A stretch of DNA of 64,000 nt from a virus: positions 1,496 through 65,495 of IMG/VR virus record IMGVR_UViG_2513237085_000001. One strand, given 5' to 3'. Positions 1 through 9,204 of the stretch are shown here, piece after piece (within the stretch, counting starts at the first letter, position 1; each line of letters starts with the position of its first letter). The position numbers and the translations under genes are program-made. The notes below the pieces were generated by a model that was given only the letters and a program-made list of their open reading frames with translations, was not told the origin of the DNA and did no database searches.

Positions 1-180
1 CGGCAACGCGCAAGTGATCGACGCTGGCGCGGTGCGCATCTTGTGCCAGAGATGTGGAGTGAGCGTCACGAGCGAGGCAGGACCATTTTTCCGTGACGCT
101 GCCAGACAGCGCGAGCATCAGACCTGGCGGGCGGCGCTTGCCTGGAACGGGGACGCGCAAGACCGCCAGGGTTGACGTCT

Positions 181-510
181 TCAACTGCGCCTCGAAAGCT
201 CCCGCTGGATGCGCAGTTCCTCGCGAATGCGATCAAGTTCGGTGGCCATGAGACCATCGACGCGCGTCCGCTCTCTCGCGATCGCCGTCATCTCTTCGAG
301 ATTTTCGTTCAACCGAAACGCCTGATCCGTCAGACGATTGAGCGCGGTAGGATCGACGATGATCGTCGCGACTTGCGCTGCGGCCGGGCTGTTGATCGGA
401 CCGGTGCGCTCGCCGTTCATCAGTCCAAAGTATCGAGCCGCGAAGATGACGGCCAGGGTGGCGCCGAACACAATGAGAGCCGGCGTCGGGAGGTCAGCCA
501 GTTTTTCCAT
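181..510 (-). CDS. Small membrane protein with coiled-coil C-terminus (holin/lysis-accessory-like)
   Basis: Start moved to MEKLADL (510), overlapping the upstream stop; one hydrophobic segment ALIVFGATLAVIFAARYFG. Confidence 0.65.
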   Translation of the reverse strand: MEKLADLPTPALIVFGATLAVIFAARYFGLMNGERTGPINSPAAAQVATIIVDPTALNRLTDQAFRLNENLEEMTAIARERTRVDGLMATELDRIREELRIQRELSRRS

Positions 511-949
511 TCCGTATTTCTCCCTGGTCATGAGCAGCGCGATGAATATTGACAAGCTCGCCAATTGCGAAAAGTGGATAGATGGCAAGCCAGGTGCTCA
601 TGACATTGGAGGATGCGTAGCAATACGATATGCCGACCCAGATAAGGCAGCCAATGCCTGCTGACGTCTGCCGGATGACAGGCGTAACGTCTTTTCTCGC
701 CCCGTTGACGATCAAGCCACCGATGCGAAGTGCTCCCATAAGGACCATGCCCCATCCGAGCGTTTCATCGTTCCGAAAAACGGCACGGAATCCAATCCAA
801 GCCGGCTGGTCGAAATTGTTTCCGGGAAGCAGTAGGACGAAGCCCCACATGGCTGTGTGGAAGGCCATGAACCACTCCATCATCCGCGGGCCGAAGCGAT
901 GCTGGATGCGTATCCAGATGCCCGGCCCAATATAGGTTGGTGCTGTCAT
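494..949 (-). CDS. Multi-pass membrane protein (holin-like, hypothetical)
   Basis: Start at MTAPTY; 3-4 hydrophobic segments (WFMAFHTAMWGFVLLL, GWGMVLMGALRIGGLIV, AGIGCLIWVGISYCY, WLAIYPLFAIG). Confidence 0.7.
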   Translation of the reverse strand: MTAPTYIGPGIWIRIQHRFGPRMMEWFMAFHTAMWGFVLLLPGNNFDQPAWIGFRAVFRNDETLGWGMVLMGALRIGGLIVNGARKDVTPVIRQTSAGIGCLIWVGISYCYASSNVMSTWLAIYPLFAIGELVNIHRAAHDQGEIRNGKTG

Positions 950-1086
950 CTTAACCCTGTTCGGTAGGTTAGTCGGGCGATTTCTAGGAGATTTCGTCAT
1001 CACATGATGATGAGGCTCCCTGGATCGCGATGGTCAGTACGCCCGATCTGCTTAGAACAGGTCAGGCTCCCGATTGCTTGGTGTCC

Positions 1087-2487
1087 TTAATAATTTAGAG
1101 CTGCCATCTTTTGGCGCACCCACAGCTCGATGTAAGCCATGAGTGGGGCAGTCCAATGCAGAGTGTCCAGCAGCAGGGCGTCTTGAATGACCCGATTTGC
1201 GTACGCCGTAGCGTCGGGGAACGGGCCGCTGGGCGCCTGCAACTCGACGGCCAACTCCATGATGTCAATAAATTTGTTACCATAGGTCGCTAGCAAAGCG
1301 GCGTTTGTTGCGACCTTGCCGTTATAGCCGGCGGTGCCCACTGTTTCATTTTTGGTGCGAACAACGCCAAGGATGATGTATTTCGAGACTGGCTTGTAGG
1401 CCACCATAGAGGCAATGTCGGTTTGTATGTCTGAGCCAGCATCAGGGCCGTTGGTGCCTGCCTCGATGATGCGAATGCGGTCAGTGTACTTGACGTCGGC
1501 GTTTGCGCGAGCGGCGATCTGCGTCGAGGTCTGACCCCCGATGCCCTGGTTCGATACCTTGCGGCCGGTGTTGGTTTGGAGAATTGCTGGCCAGCGTAGG
1601 TTAGAAGCAAGAAACGCGTTCTCTGTGAAGCTGTTACCCCAACATACGACGTTATCGATCTTGGCGTTGATGCGCGGGTCTTTGGCGGCCCACTCGTTGC
1701 CGGAAAACAGATTGGCCTGGAACCCATATTTCCACGCCAGGAAGCCTTCTACCAGTGCCTGCTCATCCAAAGTCAAGGTGCGGCTGTAAGCGCATATCTC
1801 GGAGATTGCGCCATTCCAACGACTCGATGTGTTGTCCGGGTCACCAGCAATGCGCCAGACCCCCATCGCGCCATAAGTCGGCGCGCCATTTGCACCAGAA
1901 CGGGTCTGGCCGTTGACATAGTTGTACGCAAGGGCCGCTTCGCCACGGAGCGTCGTCACGACATTGGTAAGGCTGCTTTCAGGAGCAGCACCGTCGGTGA
2001 TAGCCGTTGAACCTGAGTACTGATAAATACGGCTTGCGACGTTGCCGACGTTTGTCTGCACACCGGTTCTCACGGAACCGGCCAGCGCATTTTGTCCGAG
2101 ATCGAGGAAAGAGGCGACCGCGCCAAGGTCGTTATACCAGACACGAAATAGCGTATATGCCGCCGCCGTGAGAGGGAAGCACTCGGACGAGATGTCCATG
2201 TGGTTCGCCCCGTTGAAATCGAGGGTGTTGAGCGTGCCCATCTGGCGTGTGCCGGTCGATGGGCGGTTGGTGCTGGTCGACGTTGCTTGGCCGCCATACG
2301 AGCCTTTGTTGGTCCACGTATTAACGAGTGCACCGGTCGCTGAGATCGTCGCAGCGTCAGCCGCGTCGAAGTCGATCACCAGTCCCGGAATATCGGTGAG
2401 CGCAGCCATAGCCGGGACGACAGGCGGAACGCCTCCCCCTCCACCCCTCATCAGCGAAACCCGCTGTGGTCCAAGAGCAAGCACCAT
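1087..2487 (-). CDS. Beta-sandwich (LamG/concanavalin-like) plus SGNH/GDSL hydrolase protein, probable virion-associated esterase
   Basis: SGNH blocks: WGNSFT (I), NQGIGG (II), EAGTN (III), DTLH (V). N-terminal region DFDAADAATI...WTNKGS...GAISEICAYSRTLT resembles phage LamG-like domains. Confidence 0.75.
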   Translation of the reverse strand: MVLALGPQRVSLMRGGGGGVPPVVPAMAALTDIPGLVIDFDAADAATISATGALVNTWTNKGSYGGQATSTSTNRPSTGTRQMGTLNTLDFNGANHMDISSECFPLTAAAYTLFRVWYNDLGAVASFLDLGQNALAGSVRTGVQTNVGNVASRIYQYSGSTAITDGAAPESSLTNVVTTLRGEAALAYNYVNGQTRSGANGAPTYGAMGVWRIAGDPDNTSSRWNGAISEICAYSRTLTLDEQALVEGFLAWKYGFQANLFSGNEWAAKDPRINAKIDNVVCWGNSFTENAFLASNLRWPAILQTNTGRKVSNQGIGGQTSTQIAARANADVKYTDRIRIIEAGTNGPDAGSDIQTDIASMVAYKPVSKYIILGVVRTKNETVGTAGYNGKVATNAALLATYGNKFIDIMELAVELQAPSGPFPDATAYANRVIQDALLLDTLHWTAPLMAYIELWVRQKMAALNY

Positions 2488-2886
2488 TTATGCGGCCCCC
2501 GTCACGAACCAAGAGGCATCATCGAGAGTGGCGACCGTGGCCGCCCCGTTTTGGGCGATCGTGGTGCCGCCGACATGCGTCCCGCTCAGTGTTGCTCCGC
2601 CGGCGCCAAGTGGCGTGATGGTCGCGAGGAACCCCGCCGACAAGGCCGGCAGCGTGACGGTGACGGCCGAGGCGTTGGTCAGCAGTATCCACGCTCCCCG
2701 GTGATCATCGGTGAGCGTCAAGGTCGTGTCCGAGACCCGGATGAACCGCGGCGTGAAGATGGTGTCGTAGAGCGAACGCAACTGCTGCCCATCGAGGGCC
2801 GGCGAGCTGCAGAGTTGCTGCAATTGAGCGAAGGATAGGGCGGCCACTGGCGTTGCTCCGATTGAACCGTTCAGATTGAGTTCCAC
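2488..2886 (-). CDS. Tail-fibre-like small beta protein
   Basis: GTG start, stop abuts the next ATG (TAAATG); motif TLTLTDDHRGAWILLTNASAVTVTLP...SWFVTG typical of fibre modules. Confidence 0.55.
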   Translation of the reverse strand: MELNLNGSIGATPVAALSFAQLQQLCSSPALDGQQLRSLYDTIFTPRFIRVSDTTLTLTDDHRGAWILLTNASAVTVTLPALSAGFLATITPLGAGGATLSGTHVGGTTIAQNGAATVATLDDASWFVTGAA

Positions 2887-2953
2887 GCCAGCAGGATCAG
2901 ACCTACCAGCGTGGAGGATGATGTGAGGAAGACGACGAGGCAGAGACGCGTGG

Positions 2954-3331
2954 TCACGAGCCGAGCGGCTTCTTGTTGAAGAATCTGCCGTAGATCACGC
3001 CGACGAAGGAAAGCAGCGGAAGGGCTGCGATGATCGTATTTACGATCGTCTGCTGGGTATCGGCCGAGAACTGGATATTGAAGATCGCCAGCACCCCGGC
3101 GATGAGCGCCAGCATCGAAGACCAGAAGACCTTCGACTTGTAGAACGGGTAGTCGGCGCTCGAATTGATGATCGCCGAAATGACGGGAACGAGCTCCGCC
3201 ATGATTGCGGGGATCGCCTCGACGCTTGCCGGCGTCGAAGGCTTGACGACAGCCGTGGTGACGGCTGCCTCAACCTTGGATGTGAGATTGGCGGCAGCGA
3301 CAGCCGTGCTTGATGGAGCCGAGGTGTCCAT
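2954..3331 (-). CDS. Holin-like protein
   Basis: PFYKSKVFWSSMLALIAGVLAIF followed by a second TM segment and basic C-terminus (RFFNKKP); lies in the endolysin cassette. Confidence 0.7.
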   Translation of the reverse strand: MDTSAPSSTAVAAANLTSKVEAAVTTAVVKPSTPASVEAIPAIMAELVPVISAIINSSADYPFYKSKVFWSSMLALIAGVLAIFNIQFSADTQQTIVNTIIAALPLLSFVGVIYGRFFNKKPLGS

Positions 3332-3336
3332 AGCCG

Positions 3337-3729
3337 TTACCCCGCCTCCGGTATCAAGGCTGGCTGCGATGTCGGCGATGCCGAGGCCGCTGGTTGCGCT
3401 ACTGGCGTCGAGACCGTCGGCGTCGGTGCTGCTTGTGTCAGCTTTTTTTTTGAGGCCAGATAGTTGGCGACGGCGGTCTGATAGGCGGCGTCGATCTCAT
3501 CGCTCAAACTCTCGAGCGTGGCGAGCTGGTCATCGGTCAATGCGCCGCTATTCTGCAGCGCGGTGATGATCGCTTTCACCGAATTGATGATCGGTGTGCT
3601 GAGATTGACCACGAGCGGCACGATCTGCACCAATGCCGCGATGATCTGGTTGACGGCCGTATTGTTCGAGCCGATCTGGGAAAGCAGGCTCTGGATGAGC
3701 TGCAGGACGGTAAGGACGATGGCTTCCAT
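3337..3729 (-). CDS. Lysis-cassette protein, amphipathic helical (possible spanin partner)
   Basis: Between the lipoprotein and holin genes; hydrophobic/amphipathic N-terminus, Pro/Ala-rich tail. Confidence 0.55.
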   Translation of the reverse strand: MEAIVLTVLQLIQSLLSQIGSNNTAVNQIIAALVQIVPLVVNLSTPIINSVKAIITALQNSGALTDDQLATLESLSDEIDAAYQTAVANYLASKKKLTQAAPTPTVSTPVAQPAASASPTSQPALIPEAG

Positions 3730-3745
3730 GGTGGTGGATCTCCGG

Positions 3746-4135
3746 TTACGGGCGTTTGTCGTTGGCTGCGAGGAGGGTCTGGAGCGTCGATGTCGCCGTG
3801 ACCAGGCCGGAATAGAGCCCCTTGTCGCCCAGCGCGCCTGGATGCTCCTTCAAGAAGGAGACCAGCGTCTTCTTGGCGGTGATGCCCTTATCCATGGTCG
3901 GGACGATCTGGTTCTGAATGACATCGTCATTGCAGCCGACCGGCGTCGGATTCGGCGTGCAATAGGTGATGTAGCCAGTGGCCGCCGTCTCGACGACGTT
4001 GAAGGCGTTCACGGCCACATAGACGGACTTTGCCGGCACGGTGGACGTGGTGACGGCGTCATAAGCCGTCTTGACGTTGGCGCACGAGCCGAGCGCAAGG
4101 CACAGGGCTGCGGCGGCGAAACCGATGGATCGCAT
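3746..4135 (-). CDS. Lipoprotein (possible outer-membrane spanin)
   Basis: Signal MRSIGFAAAALCLALGS-C with lipobox LGSC, directly downstream of the endolysin. Confidence 0.7.
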   Translation of the reverse strand: MRSIGFAAAALCLALGSCANVKTAYDAVTTSTVPAKSVYVAVNAFNVVETAATGYITYCTPNPTPVGCNDDVIQNQIVPTMDKGITAKKTLVSFLKEHPGALGDKGLYSGLVTATSTLQTLLAANDKRP

Positions 4136-4161
4136 GGGGATGTCCTTTGGTTGGGGTGGAG

Positions 4162-4794
4162 TTAAGCGGATGCCTTTTTCAGCGCGGCGAGGATCTGCAC
4201 GGCATAGCCGGCTATGGCCTTGGCCTTGTCGGTGCCGTTGACGACGCGCCGCGCCTCGATGAATTCACGCAGGTCTTCGGCATCGCTCTCGTCGATGCCG
4301 TCGATATAGTCGTGCAGATCCTGTCCGGTCCACCAGCCCTCCTTGTTGCCAAGGAACAGCGACATGGCGGAAATGAACGGATCGCCGCGCTTGTCCGGGT
4401 TGGTGACCAGGTCGATCCCCAGTTTGAAGACCTTGTTCAGCCGATCGGAAGCGAACTTGGCGTTGCGACGCCCCGTATTCTGGACGTCGCCTTCGCCGCG
4501 GAATCGGTAACCATCCCCCGGCTGGGTGTTGCCGAGCATCTTTCCAAGCTTCGTTCCCGGCTCGTACTTGTTGAAATATGAGCGAGAGCCAAGCTCCTTG
4601 ATCGGCTGCATCGTCTGCGCCGTCTCATGATACGAGGTGGCCAGATTATAGGCGAGATCAGCAATCGGATCGGCGGAGAAGTACTTTTCCCACACATCAA
4701 GAAGACGGTCCAAGCCATCGATCTGATTCCTGCTGAAACCATGCGGAAAGAGCGCGCCGCCTCGCAGCGCGTCGAAGAATGCTTTACGGTTCAT
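4162..4794 (-). CDS. Endolysin, glycoside hydrolase family 19-like
   Basis: Start moved to MNRKAFF; LAYNLATSYHET (catalytic Glu), GNTQPGDGYRFRG.G..Q.TGR.N motif of GH19 phage lysins. Confidence 0.85.
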   Translation of the reverse strand: MNRKAFFDALRGGALFPHGFSRNQIDGLDRLLDVWEKYFSADPIADLAYNLATSYHETAQTMQPIKELGSRSYFNKYEPGTKLGKMLGNTQPGDGYRFRGEGDVQNTGRRNAKFASDRLNKVFKLGIDLVTNPDKRGDPFISAMSLFLGNKEGWWTGQDLHDYIDGIDESDAEDLREFIEARRVVNGTDKAKAIAGYAVQILAALKKASA

Positions 4795-4881
4795 GGGGGT
4801 GCCTATCAGTGAAAAAGAATGCACGGAAAATAGCGCCGTCCCGTTGGGAGACGTCAGGAATTCACGCTGATTTTGAATATC

Positions 4882-6885
4882 TTATTGTGCCTGCAACAAA
4901 AGCGGCTTGAGGAGATCGACGCCAACAGGGGTCAAGTGATGCGCATCACGATAGATCGACACGCCGTTCTCTTCGTAGATGCAATCTCCGCCTCCTGGGC
5001 AGAGGGCATCAGCAGGATCAAGCAATATTGCCCCAGTCTTCGCTGCCACATCCATCAAAAGAGACCGGATTGGCTGGGTATACGCCAGGTGGTCGCTCAG
5101 CTTCAGTGACAATGGTCCGAGGGCACCCAGCATCTGATTTTTCAGCATGTGCTCCGGGACAGACACTCGATACGCGGGCACGGGAAGCATCAGGTAAACA
5201 TGCTTCCCTCGCGAAGTGAGCTCGCCTATGTCCTTCATCATACGGTCCTGCACGAACGCAAGAGCCTCGTCAGGGTTTCGGAAACGACCACATTCAGCGC
5301 CCCGACAAACAATCGGGGACCTCTTTTCAAACTCGTATCCGTAGTAGTAGCTGACGTTGAACACGTAGTTCATCCATAAGCTTGCCACGATCACCGACTT
5401 CACATCGGGCTCAAGGGCCCGCTTGAAGAATAGATCGCTCAGGCCATTGCACAAATAGTCGGCATCGAATCGCGAGAGACCTCGCACAGGAAGGCAGCCG
5501 CCGCGCGTTGCCCACAGGACCTGCGGCATTTTCCCGTCGTCGACCAGAGACTTCACAGCAGGATACAAATGCTCCGCGTGAGAATCCCCCCAAATCAACA
5601 CCTTCTGATCCGTGGTTTGTCCCGTTGCGCAAAAATTACCAGGCGCGGATTGAAGCGATGCCATCGTGGCACCACACGCTTCAGGGAACGGCCATCCTGT
5701 TCTGGTGGCGTCATTCAGCGCGATCATCTGTCTCGCTTCTGCCGGAAGCCTTACTGGCGCACCGTCGGTCCAGATGATGAGCACGCTGGCGATCATGACG
5801 ACAGCCCAACACCCATAAAGCTGAATGGCTTTGACCGGGTGAGATGCCCCGCCCCGGAACGGCGCCTCGATCAACCGGTAACTCGCCCATGCCGCAGCGA
5901 CCGATAGCGCAATGAGGATCGATTGCGTTATCGGAGTGAACGGCACTTCGAGATATCGCGCGCCGACATAGACCGGCCAGTGCCACAGGTAGAGCGAATA
6001 CGAGATGTTGCCCAAGAATTGGAGCGGAGCGGCCGCTATCCACTGCGATCTTTTCTGTCCACCCATGAACGCAACCGCACCGGCCACAGGCAGAAGCGGC
6101 CATGCGCCGGGGTATGCCAAGCCGTCAGAGTAGGTCACGGCGGAAACAAGGATAGCGACCAAGCCAACCGCGTTCAGCCATCTGATCCGCATGACCCAGC
6201 TTGGGGCAAAGAACAAGAGCCCACCCGCTAGCAGCTCCCATGATCTGGACGGAAGAAGGTAGAAGGCATGCTCTTTGGAAACACCGGTTTCGTAGATTGA
6301 AAATGCCAGAGATGCCAACCCTAAGCATAGGAACAAAACCCTGTTCCCCGCCCCTCTCCTCCAACGGAACGATGCGATCAAGAGCAGCGGGAACAAAAGG
6401 TAGAATTGCCACTCGACGGAAAGCGACCAGGTGTGGAGAAGCCAGTTCGATTGGGTACCGTCAGCAAAATATCCGCTTTCGCCCGCAAAGACGAAATTGG
6501 AATAGAAGCCGATGGCCGATGCGCCATATCTGGCGAGCCGGCTGTAGTCGAGCGGCGTCAAAACGAAGAACCCGATGACGAGGAGAGCGGCCAAGGTCGC
6601 GAACAGCGCCGGGACGATGCGCCGGACGCGGGAGGCGTAAAATCCCGCGATGGAGAAATCGCCCTTGATTTGCCTCCGGTAGATTACCTGCGTCATCAGG
6701 TATCCGGAGATGACGAAAAAGACGTCAACCCCGACGAACCCGCCTTGAAAGAAAGGCACGCGGAAATGATAGAGGACAACCGCCACAACAGCGATCGCCC
6801 GTAGGGCGTTGATATCTTGCCTGAACCGGTCGTTCCGAGCCGATCCGTCGCTCCCAATTTTCTTGGAATTTGATATCAGGTCCAT
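4882..6885 (-). CDS. Acyltransferase-3 plus SGNH domain O-acyltransferase (OafA-like), moron
   Basis: FRQDINALRAIAVVAVVLYH, GGFVGVDVFFVISGYL, LLHTWSLSVEWQFY; periplasmic WGDSHA and DAHH motifs; about 10 TM segments. Confidence 0.93.
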   Translation of the reverse strand: MDLISNSKKIGSDGSARNDRFRQDINALRAIAVVAVVLYHFRVPFFQGGFVGVDVFFVISGYLMTQVIYRRQIKGDFSIAGFYASRVRRIVPALFATLAALLVIGFFVLTPLDYSRLARYGASAIGFYSNFVFAGESGYFADGTQSNWLLHTWSLSVEWQFYLLFPLLLIASFRWRRGAGNRVLFLCLGLASLAFSIYETGVSKEHAFYLLPSRSWELLAGGLLFFAPSWVMRIRWLNAVGLVAILVSAVTYSDGLAYPGAWPLLPVAGAVAFMGGQKRSQWIAAAPLQFLGNISYSLYLWHWPVYVGARYLEVPFTPITQSILIALSVAAAWASYRLIEAPFRGGASHPVKAIQLYGCWAVVMIASVLIIWTDGAPVRLPAEARQMIALNDATRTGWPFPEACGATMASLQSAPGNFCATGQTTDQKVLIWGDSHAEHLYPAVKSLVDDGKMPQVLWATRGGCLPVRGLSRFDADYLCNGLSDLFFKRALEPDVKSVIVASLWMNYVFNVSYYYGYEFEKRSPIVCRGAECGRFRNPDEALAFVQDRMMKDIGELTSRGKHVYLMLPVPAYRVSVPEHMLKNQMLGALGPLSLKLSDHLAYTQPIRSLLMDVAAKTGAILLDPADALCPGGGDCIYEENGVSIYRDAHHLTPVGVDLLKPLLLQAQ

Positions 6886-6951
6886 GATTTTGCCCTTTGA
6901 TAGTCGGGCTACCATCTCTTGATGGCTAGATCAATCTGGACGCGAAAAAAC

Positions 6952-7410
6952 TTATGGTTGAGCGCCAGCCAGTGATGGGATTGTTACGAAAGCTGGAGCC
7001 CGAACGGGACCATAGCAAGTGATCAGCGGCTGATTGCTGCCGTCCAGCTCAATCCTCATCGCGACCGTCCGATCTTGGATCAAATGCAAGGCTCGTATGC
7101 CGGCCCCGTTGAAAGCCCGCGATCCAATCTCTACTGCATTCGGCTTCACACCTAACCGCAAAGTGAACACAGAAGAGGTAGGATTATCCACCACGGAGGT
7201 GCTGCACAGGTCGAACCATGTCAACCCATTATCTGCATTTGGCACGGCTAAGGGACCTGGGGCCAAATCTAGAGCCATAGTGTTATGATCGTCCGTTGGT
7301 TGCATCACACATACGGCCATATGGCTAGGCAGTGTATCCGTGCGCTCGCGAAATCCGAAGGATACGTAGGACCATCTGAGCGCCGCCGATATCGTATCGA
7401 GAAAAGACAT
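6952..7410 (-). CDS. Hypothetical protein (lower GC, moron)
   Basis: Strong RBS AGGAGA before ATG 7410; visibly more AT-rich than its flanks; no motif recognised. Confidence 0.6.
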   Translation of the reverse strand: MSFLDTISAALRWSYVSFGFRERTDTLPSHMAVCVMQPTDDHNTMALDLAPGPLAVPNADNGLTWFDLCSTSVVDNPTSSVFTLRLGVKPNAVEIGSRAFNGAGIRALHLIQDRTVAMRIELDGSNQPLITCYGPVRAPAFVTIPSLAGAQP

Positions 7411-7424
7411 AGATTTCTCCTAGA

Positions 7425-9179
7425 TTAATAACGTGTAGACAGAGACAGATTGTAATAGTTCAGGTCGGCGAACGTGTTCGCGTTCGTATTGTCGCCCTGC
7501 TCCAACGCATTAATCGCGTGATATCCCAAAACCGGACCTGCGTTATAGTTTACGCTCACCATGCTCGAAATCGAGTTTGTGAAGGTGAATGCAGGCGTCT
7601 GGAAAATGGCAAGGGTCGACGATGGAGTGGTTGTGGAATCCAGTCCGACCGATATGGCAAGTCCGCCGTTGGAAACCGCGATCTGCGTTTTGGAGGCGAC
7701 GAAGGCCGTGATGTTGTCCTCGGCAAGCCCCTGTACGAAGGTAATGGCGCAGTTTGCGCTTCCTTGATACTGACGCCACGTCGACGAGGTATACGTGTGC
7801 GATGCTGTGCTCGACAGATTGAAGGCCTGGATCGGTACCCGGTTGTACATGTTCCAGATCGGCAGATTGGTGACGCCGCATGCCGAGGCCGTGGCACTTG
7901 GGATAAAGGAGACGGTCGCTCCGCCTGCATCGGTTCGAATGGTTCCCATGTAGGTTCCAAACGCGGCCGCCGGTCCATTGGTGATCGACGTCGAGTTGGT
8001 GAGGATGCCGCCATTGGCTCGGGACAGCGCGAGAGCACGTGTAGTGGCATTCGTCCAGACCGGCCCGCGGGTCACGCGGCAAGTGCCGCTATCGTTCCAT
8101 GCGAAAAGATCGTAGTTGGATGCCGCCACGGCCGCTGCCGGCGATTTGGTGGCATCGCTCAGCAATTGCGATGTTTCGGCGCAATGGGTCGGCAGAAACT
8201 GCGTGCCGTTCCACAGCAGCAACACGTCGCTCTCATAGGGCGTCGAATAGATTGTGGTGGCCGAGGCCACAGAGCCGGAGAGCACCGGTACACCGGTCGA
8301 AACCGTTAGGCGGTGCCCCATGATGCCGGTCGACGATATCGCCGCCCATGAGGGGTTTGCGCCCACACCATTCGACTGCAGGAAGTTACCGGAAGACGGC
8401 GCGAGAGATGTCCAGCCGCTCGTTCCCCGATACGCAACAGAGCCCCACGTAGAGCCAAGCTGAGTATCGAACAGCGATGTCAACGTATTATCCGCAGGCG
8501 CTGCCGGAGATCCCGTCATATTGCTCTTGACGGTCAAGGTCGCCATGTTCGCGAGCATCGAGTTCGCGACCTGGCTGCTGCCGATCGTCAGCGCCGGATA
8601 GGTTCCGGTGATCACGCCACCCGTCACCACGCCGGCATTTGGCAACTGGGCCGCGGCAAGCGTGCCGGAATTGACCTGAGACGCCGATATGCTCTTGTTC
8701 GTCAAGGTCTGCGTGTCGGTCGTTCCGACAATCGCGCCGGCCGGGAGGGCCTTCCCGCTATCGGAAAGAGCCGTGCCGAGCGTATTCGAAAAGATCGCGA
8801 TATCGCCAATGGTCGATGATCCAGGACCCGTGATCGTGCCGCCGCCAACAGGTCCGAAGGTCGATCCCCCCGCCTGATAATATAGACCGACGCCGGTCAG
8901 CCAAACGTCGCCGTTGCTCGGGACAGTTGGAGCAACGCCGGGAAGGACCTGAAGGCCAGATTGAACGGTGGTGGACGGCGCTATCCGCAAGCGCCCCGTC
9001 ATCGTGCCGCCGGCCTGGTTCAGCGGCGTGAAGCCAAGAACATCCTGCTTCGCCGCGAAATAGCTATTCCACTGCCCCGCCGTCGGAACCTGCCCATATG
9101 TCAGCCCCGGAGACGATTGGGCAAGCGCCAAGGAACTTAGAAACAGCCCCGCGAGAAGTGAGGCGAGAAACTTGATCAT
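7425..9179 (-). CDS. Tail fibre/spike-like protein with N-terminal Sec-type signal peptide
   Basis: True start MIKFLASLLAGLFLSSLALA-Q (the first 75 aa of the ORF track overlap the previous gene); fibre motifs GGTMTG, TDTQTLTNKSI, VANSMLANMA. Confidence 0.75.
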   Translation of the reverse strand: MIKFLASLLAGLFLSSLALAQSSPGLTYGQVPTAGQWNSYFAAKQDVLGFTPLNQAGGTMTGRLRIAPSTTVQSGLQVLPGVAPTVPSNGDVWLTGVGLYYQAGGSTFGPVGGGTITGPGSSTIGDIAIFSNTLGTALSDSGKALPAGAIVGTTDTQTLTNKSISASQVNSGTLAAAQLPNAGVVTGGVITGTYPALTIGSSQVANSMLANMATLTVKSNMTGSPAAPADNTLTSLFDTQLGSTWGSVAYRGTSGWTSLAPSSGNFLQSNGVGANPSWAAISSTGIMGHRLTVSTGVPVLSGSVASATTIYSTPYESDVLLLWNGTQFLPTHCAETSQLLSDATKSPAAAVAASNYDLFAWNDSGTCRVTRGPVWTNATTRALALSRANGGILTNSTSITNGPAAAFGTYMGTIRTDAGGATVSFIPSATASACGVTNLPIWNMYNRVPIQAFNLSSTASHTYTSSTWRQYQGSANCAITFVQGLAEDNITAFVASKTQIAVSNGGLAISVGLDSTTTPSSTLAIFQTPAFTFTNSISSMVSVNYNAGPVLGYHAINALEQGDNTNANTFADLNYYNLSLSTRY

Positions 9180-9204
9180 GATGATGGTTGCCTTTTTATC
9201 CTGA

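Noticed and set aside
1-180. Prophage attachment site or tRNA at the left edge
   Set aside because: No tRNA fold, no repeat partner in the window and no host gene visible; the boundary cannot be placed.
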